Source: Fimicolochytrium jonesii (taxonomy: Eukaryota). From it: a stretch of DNA of 64,000 nt. Where the stretch lies: positions 682,001 through 746,000 of the forward strand of contig NW_026515675.1 in the NCBI RefSeq assembly GCF_025526975.1, read 5' to 3'. The translations under genes were made by a program, and so were the position numbers. This document shows positions 60,725 to 64,000 of the stretch, in pieces. Position 1 is the stretch's first letter. Every line of letters starts with the position of its first letter. The notes beneath the pieces are model-generated. The model saw only the letters and a list, made by a program, of their open reading frames with translations, did not search any database and was not told where the DNA came from.

Positions 60725-62771
60725 ATGACCGTCGCTGCCCCACAACAATCAGCAGTGCTCCCGCCCGAACTGGAAGACCTCAGCAGGTCTGTGCTCCAGT
60801 TCCCCATCACCACCCCTTCACCCCTTCCACCCCCAACCACTCACCCCTATCCCATCCCCACAGGTTCACAACAGAACTCGCAAAAACCGAATTCTGGTTC
60901 CAACAACAACGGACCGACTGGGTCAACAAATACGCCGACACCAACAACCACAATGACAACTCCAACAATGATGACGACGAAAATGTAGTCTTGGGCAAAG
61001 GCACCTCCTTCCCCGACACAGACCGCACGGAGCGGCTGGATATTCCCGCGCTGTTGAGGGCGCAGCCGAGGAATGTCGAGGCTGAGTGTCGGTTTCACGA
61101 GGTTAGGTTTGGATGGGGGAGACGAGGGATGTTATTTGCGGAGGTGTGAGAAATGGGGTATTGAACGCGAGATGGGTATGGGATGATAGGAACTGTTCAA
61201 GAAACTCAAATTCACCTATGTGGAGCAAAAAGCGAAAGACGGGTTCTTGAAACGGGTGCTGGATGTTCCGCCGAAGTTTCCGACTGAGGAGGAGGTGCAG
61301 ATTTTGGGTAAACACAATACCATCATTTTGCAACAACTTACTTCGGGGTGAAGAGGGGAACTTACGCAAACGGATTTTTTGGTGGTGTAGAGGCACGCGC
61401 GGCAAAAGAGAAGGAGCTGTTGAGGGAGAAGAAGGCGTCGATCAAGAAGATGCGGGAGGAGGTGGGGAAGCTGGTTGAGTTGGCGTATGATGGTGGGTCT
61501 GCGTGAACGTGTTTGGAGAGTTGAGAAGTACGGCCTGGCTCAATCTTCCGTTTGGGTTGATAGGGCAAGCGGCGTTGATTGAGCAGAGTGTGGCGGCTGC
61601 GGCTACGGTGGATGACTTCACTATGCTGGTACGTGTTTTCCGTCGCTAAAAATGTGTCACATCAGGTATACTGAGTGTTGTGTTTTATTCGGCAGCAACG
61701 GGAGCTGCAAAGTTTGAATGCGAGGACTGAACCACGAGTGGATGCGATCGAAGAACAGCAGAGCATAGTAGATTCTCAAGTGAGGACCAACATCGCCGGC
61801 TGTAGCAGCTGGAAACTTATGTTCTAAACTCACACTCAACCCGGCACGCAGGCCAAAACCCTCACCGAACTCCGCGACCAACTAATCCACTGGCAGTCCA
61901 CCCTCACCTACCGCCAATCCAAAAACGACACAACCCAATCCCACGTCTCGCAACTCGCCACGCAACGCGCATCCGCCGACACCGCCGCCGCCGAAGCGCT
62001 ACGGATCGCCCAATCCAAAGACCCGCAACTCGAGGAGCTTGGACGATTCTACAAGGAGCAGACGGCCTTCTTGAAGACGCTGCAGGGGGTCACGGATATA
62101 CGCCACCCGAGCGCGGAGGGCATCGAGGTTGTCTGGGATCGGGGCGAGGATGCGTTTGCGGTGCTGGTGACGTTCAGGAGGGATGCGGGGAGGGCGAGTG
62201 GGTGGGTTGTTGATGCGCAGGTATGATTTTGTCATTTGTTTTTCTTTTTTTTTCGCACGATTGTTAACTCTTCTTGATCGTAGTTCACAAACACACCCTA
62301 CCCCTATCCCCTAACCGCCCTCCTCCAAACCGCCAACACCCATCCCACCCTCGACTCCACCCTCCGCTACCTCACCGCCACGATCCCACTGCGCACACGC
62401 AACCACATCGCCCGTGAGCGCGAACTAGCCCATCTCACAACCGACGGTCTCCACCCCGACATGCATATCAGCTACGACTCGCACACGCGGCAGGTGGTTG
62501 TGCATGTCGACACAACTGGACGCACGTTTGTGCTGTTTTTGGGGGAGGGATATCCGGGAAGTGGGATGGAAGGGGTGGAAGTTGTAGGCGTGGAGCCGAG
62601 AGTGAGTGAAAGTGAGGGTGTGGAGGGGTGGACGGTATGTATCGTGTTTGGTGTATATAATGAGTGCGTGGGTGATTCATTCATTGTGTTGACTAACTTC
62701 ATGGTTTCTAGGACCGGCTGAGAGCGAGTGGGGCAAGGTGCTTCAAAGATGTCTTGGGTTTGTTGCAGTGA
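60725..62771 (+). CDS. Kinetochore protein Sos7/Kre28/Zwint-like with C-terminal RWD-like region, multi-exon
   Basis: ELFKKLKFTYVEQKAKDGFLKRVLDVPP (Sos7-type motif), coiled coil, then beta-rich segments including FVLFLGEGYP; TGA at 62769-62771. Confidence 0.7.
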
Positions 62772-63551
62772 GGAGGGGATGTGGGATCAGGGTTTGATTA
62801 GGATGGAAAGGAGTTGTTGCAGGTGTACCGTATATGTATGTGTAGATGGCCTCGTGTGGTGTTGACGAGTGGGGCGACGTGCTTGGCAGTCTTGCCATTG
62901 TTGCGGTGAACTGGATTGGGAGTAGGACGGAAGCAGGGACGGAAGGCCGTCCTTCACGCGTACTTGGACAGACACTCCTTCGTTCAACCGCATATTTGGA
63001 TCGAGCTACGACATCCTGAATACAATGCTGGAAAAACTTTCTCATGGCTGTTGCTGAGGAAAAGATAACATGTTTGTTGGCGCGGAATGTTGAGGTGGTT
63101 GCCCCCCATCAGCGATGCCCAACACATAGTGACTCCTGCAATCCAATTTATGGATTTGATGATACACAACCCCTATCCAGCAAAGTTGCCCGGGATATAT
63201 GTGATAGAACCCATCGAAACATGAATCGATATGACCAATCCACGTACAAGCAAGAGGGAAGCGGTTCCACCCAGGATGTAATGGATGCCAGTGCTTGCAT
63301 ATTGCATCATATCTTTTTGGAGGAACATCCACGATTTGCGAACGGATGTTTTGTATGGCCCGTGTGAAATGATGAAAGAGTGGAAGAGGAGTTCTTTGTC
63401 CGAAAACAACGGAGACGCTTCTTCCAACGCGTCCCTGCTCACGCCGAACTTGCTCTCACACGATCTGACATTGAACACCCACCACATTGCAAGAGAAGAT
63501 ACCCATATATACACACCCCTTCAGACAGCAAGCAAACGGCAGAGCATCGGC

Positions 63552-64000
63552 ATGATCAGCGACGCCACCAACAGAATGACCAACACCACGCGTCCCTCAC
63601 CGACACCCGTCAACTTGCAAACCCCCTCCCGCTCCCTCCGCGCCCGTATTACCCGCGTCGATTACAGCAATTCCGGCACGGGCAAGTCCGCGCGGCGGCG
63701 CGGGACGAGTAGCAGGGCGTCGAGTGTGTTTACGGATGTTGGGGAAGGGCATGAGGGGAATGAGGAGAATGTTAATGTCGGGAGTCCATTGCCTGGTATG
63801 TGTGGGTGCGTTCTTGATAACGATAACGGGGGAAAGAAGAGGAATGCTAAAGGGGGGTTTTGGAATGGCAGTGAAGACACCAGTGACACCGGCGTTCCGA
63901 AAGGCGGGATCGACGGGGAGTAACCATACGGCGTTCAAGCTTGGCCCTGCGGACGATATTTTCAGCAACATCGAGGTGTCGGCTGAGGATACCATCATAG
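63552..64000 (+). CDS. 5' part of an unidentified gene running off the window
   Basis: ATG 63552 ORF; a GTATGT..GCAG intron (~63796-63871) continues in an open frame to the window end; S/T/P-rich N-terminus. Confidence 0.55.

Noticed and set aside
62984..63514. Minus-strand hydrophobic ORF pieces vaguely like an MFS transporter (YIPGN..WIAGVTMCWA)
   Set aside because: Similarity is too weak, the frame has stops, and there is no splice support.

Overview
This is intron-rich, gene-dense eukaryotic (fungal) DNA with short GT-AG introns. By inference it comes from a zoosporic early-diverging fungus such as a chytrid, given the GH9, the IQCE-like ciliary protein and the kinesin-13-like motor. About 27 spliced protein genes can be assembled by hand: a GH9, a mucin-like membrane protein, PAQR, CaMK, SCYL1/Cex1, an IQCE-like protein, an NADP-ADH, a GRAM-TBC-EF Rab-GAP, a Yap-like bZIP, a CE4-like protein, GPI1, DUF1206, class II eIF4E, mL59, COA8, eL34, gamma-COP, an Est1/SMG7-like protein, Rpb12, metacaspase, Arf1, a kinesin, a tau-repeat protein, a Pro-rich protein, Sos7 and two unidentified genes. 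A patch of relics at 46.1-48.2 kb holds a PP5 exon fragment, a 2OG-oxygenase remnant and a Ty1/copia RT fragment. The main observations are: (1) a two-exon gene encoding a 165-aa protein with three tau/MAP2/MAP4-type microtubule-binding repeats, tail-to-tail with a kinesin-13-like gene; (2) a ~430-nt intergenic segment at 42.2-42.66 kb with extensive nested base-pairing that looks like an unannotated structured RNA; (3) two GPI-anchored carbohydrate enzymes (GH9, CE4) with altered or lost catalytic residues. All family calls come from motif recognition by eye; no database searches were run.
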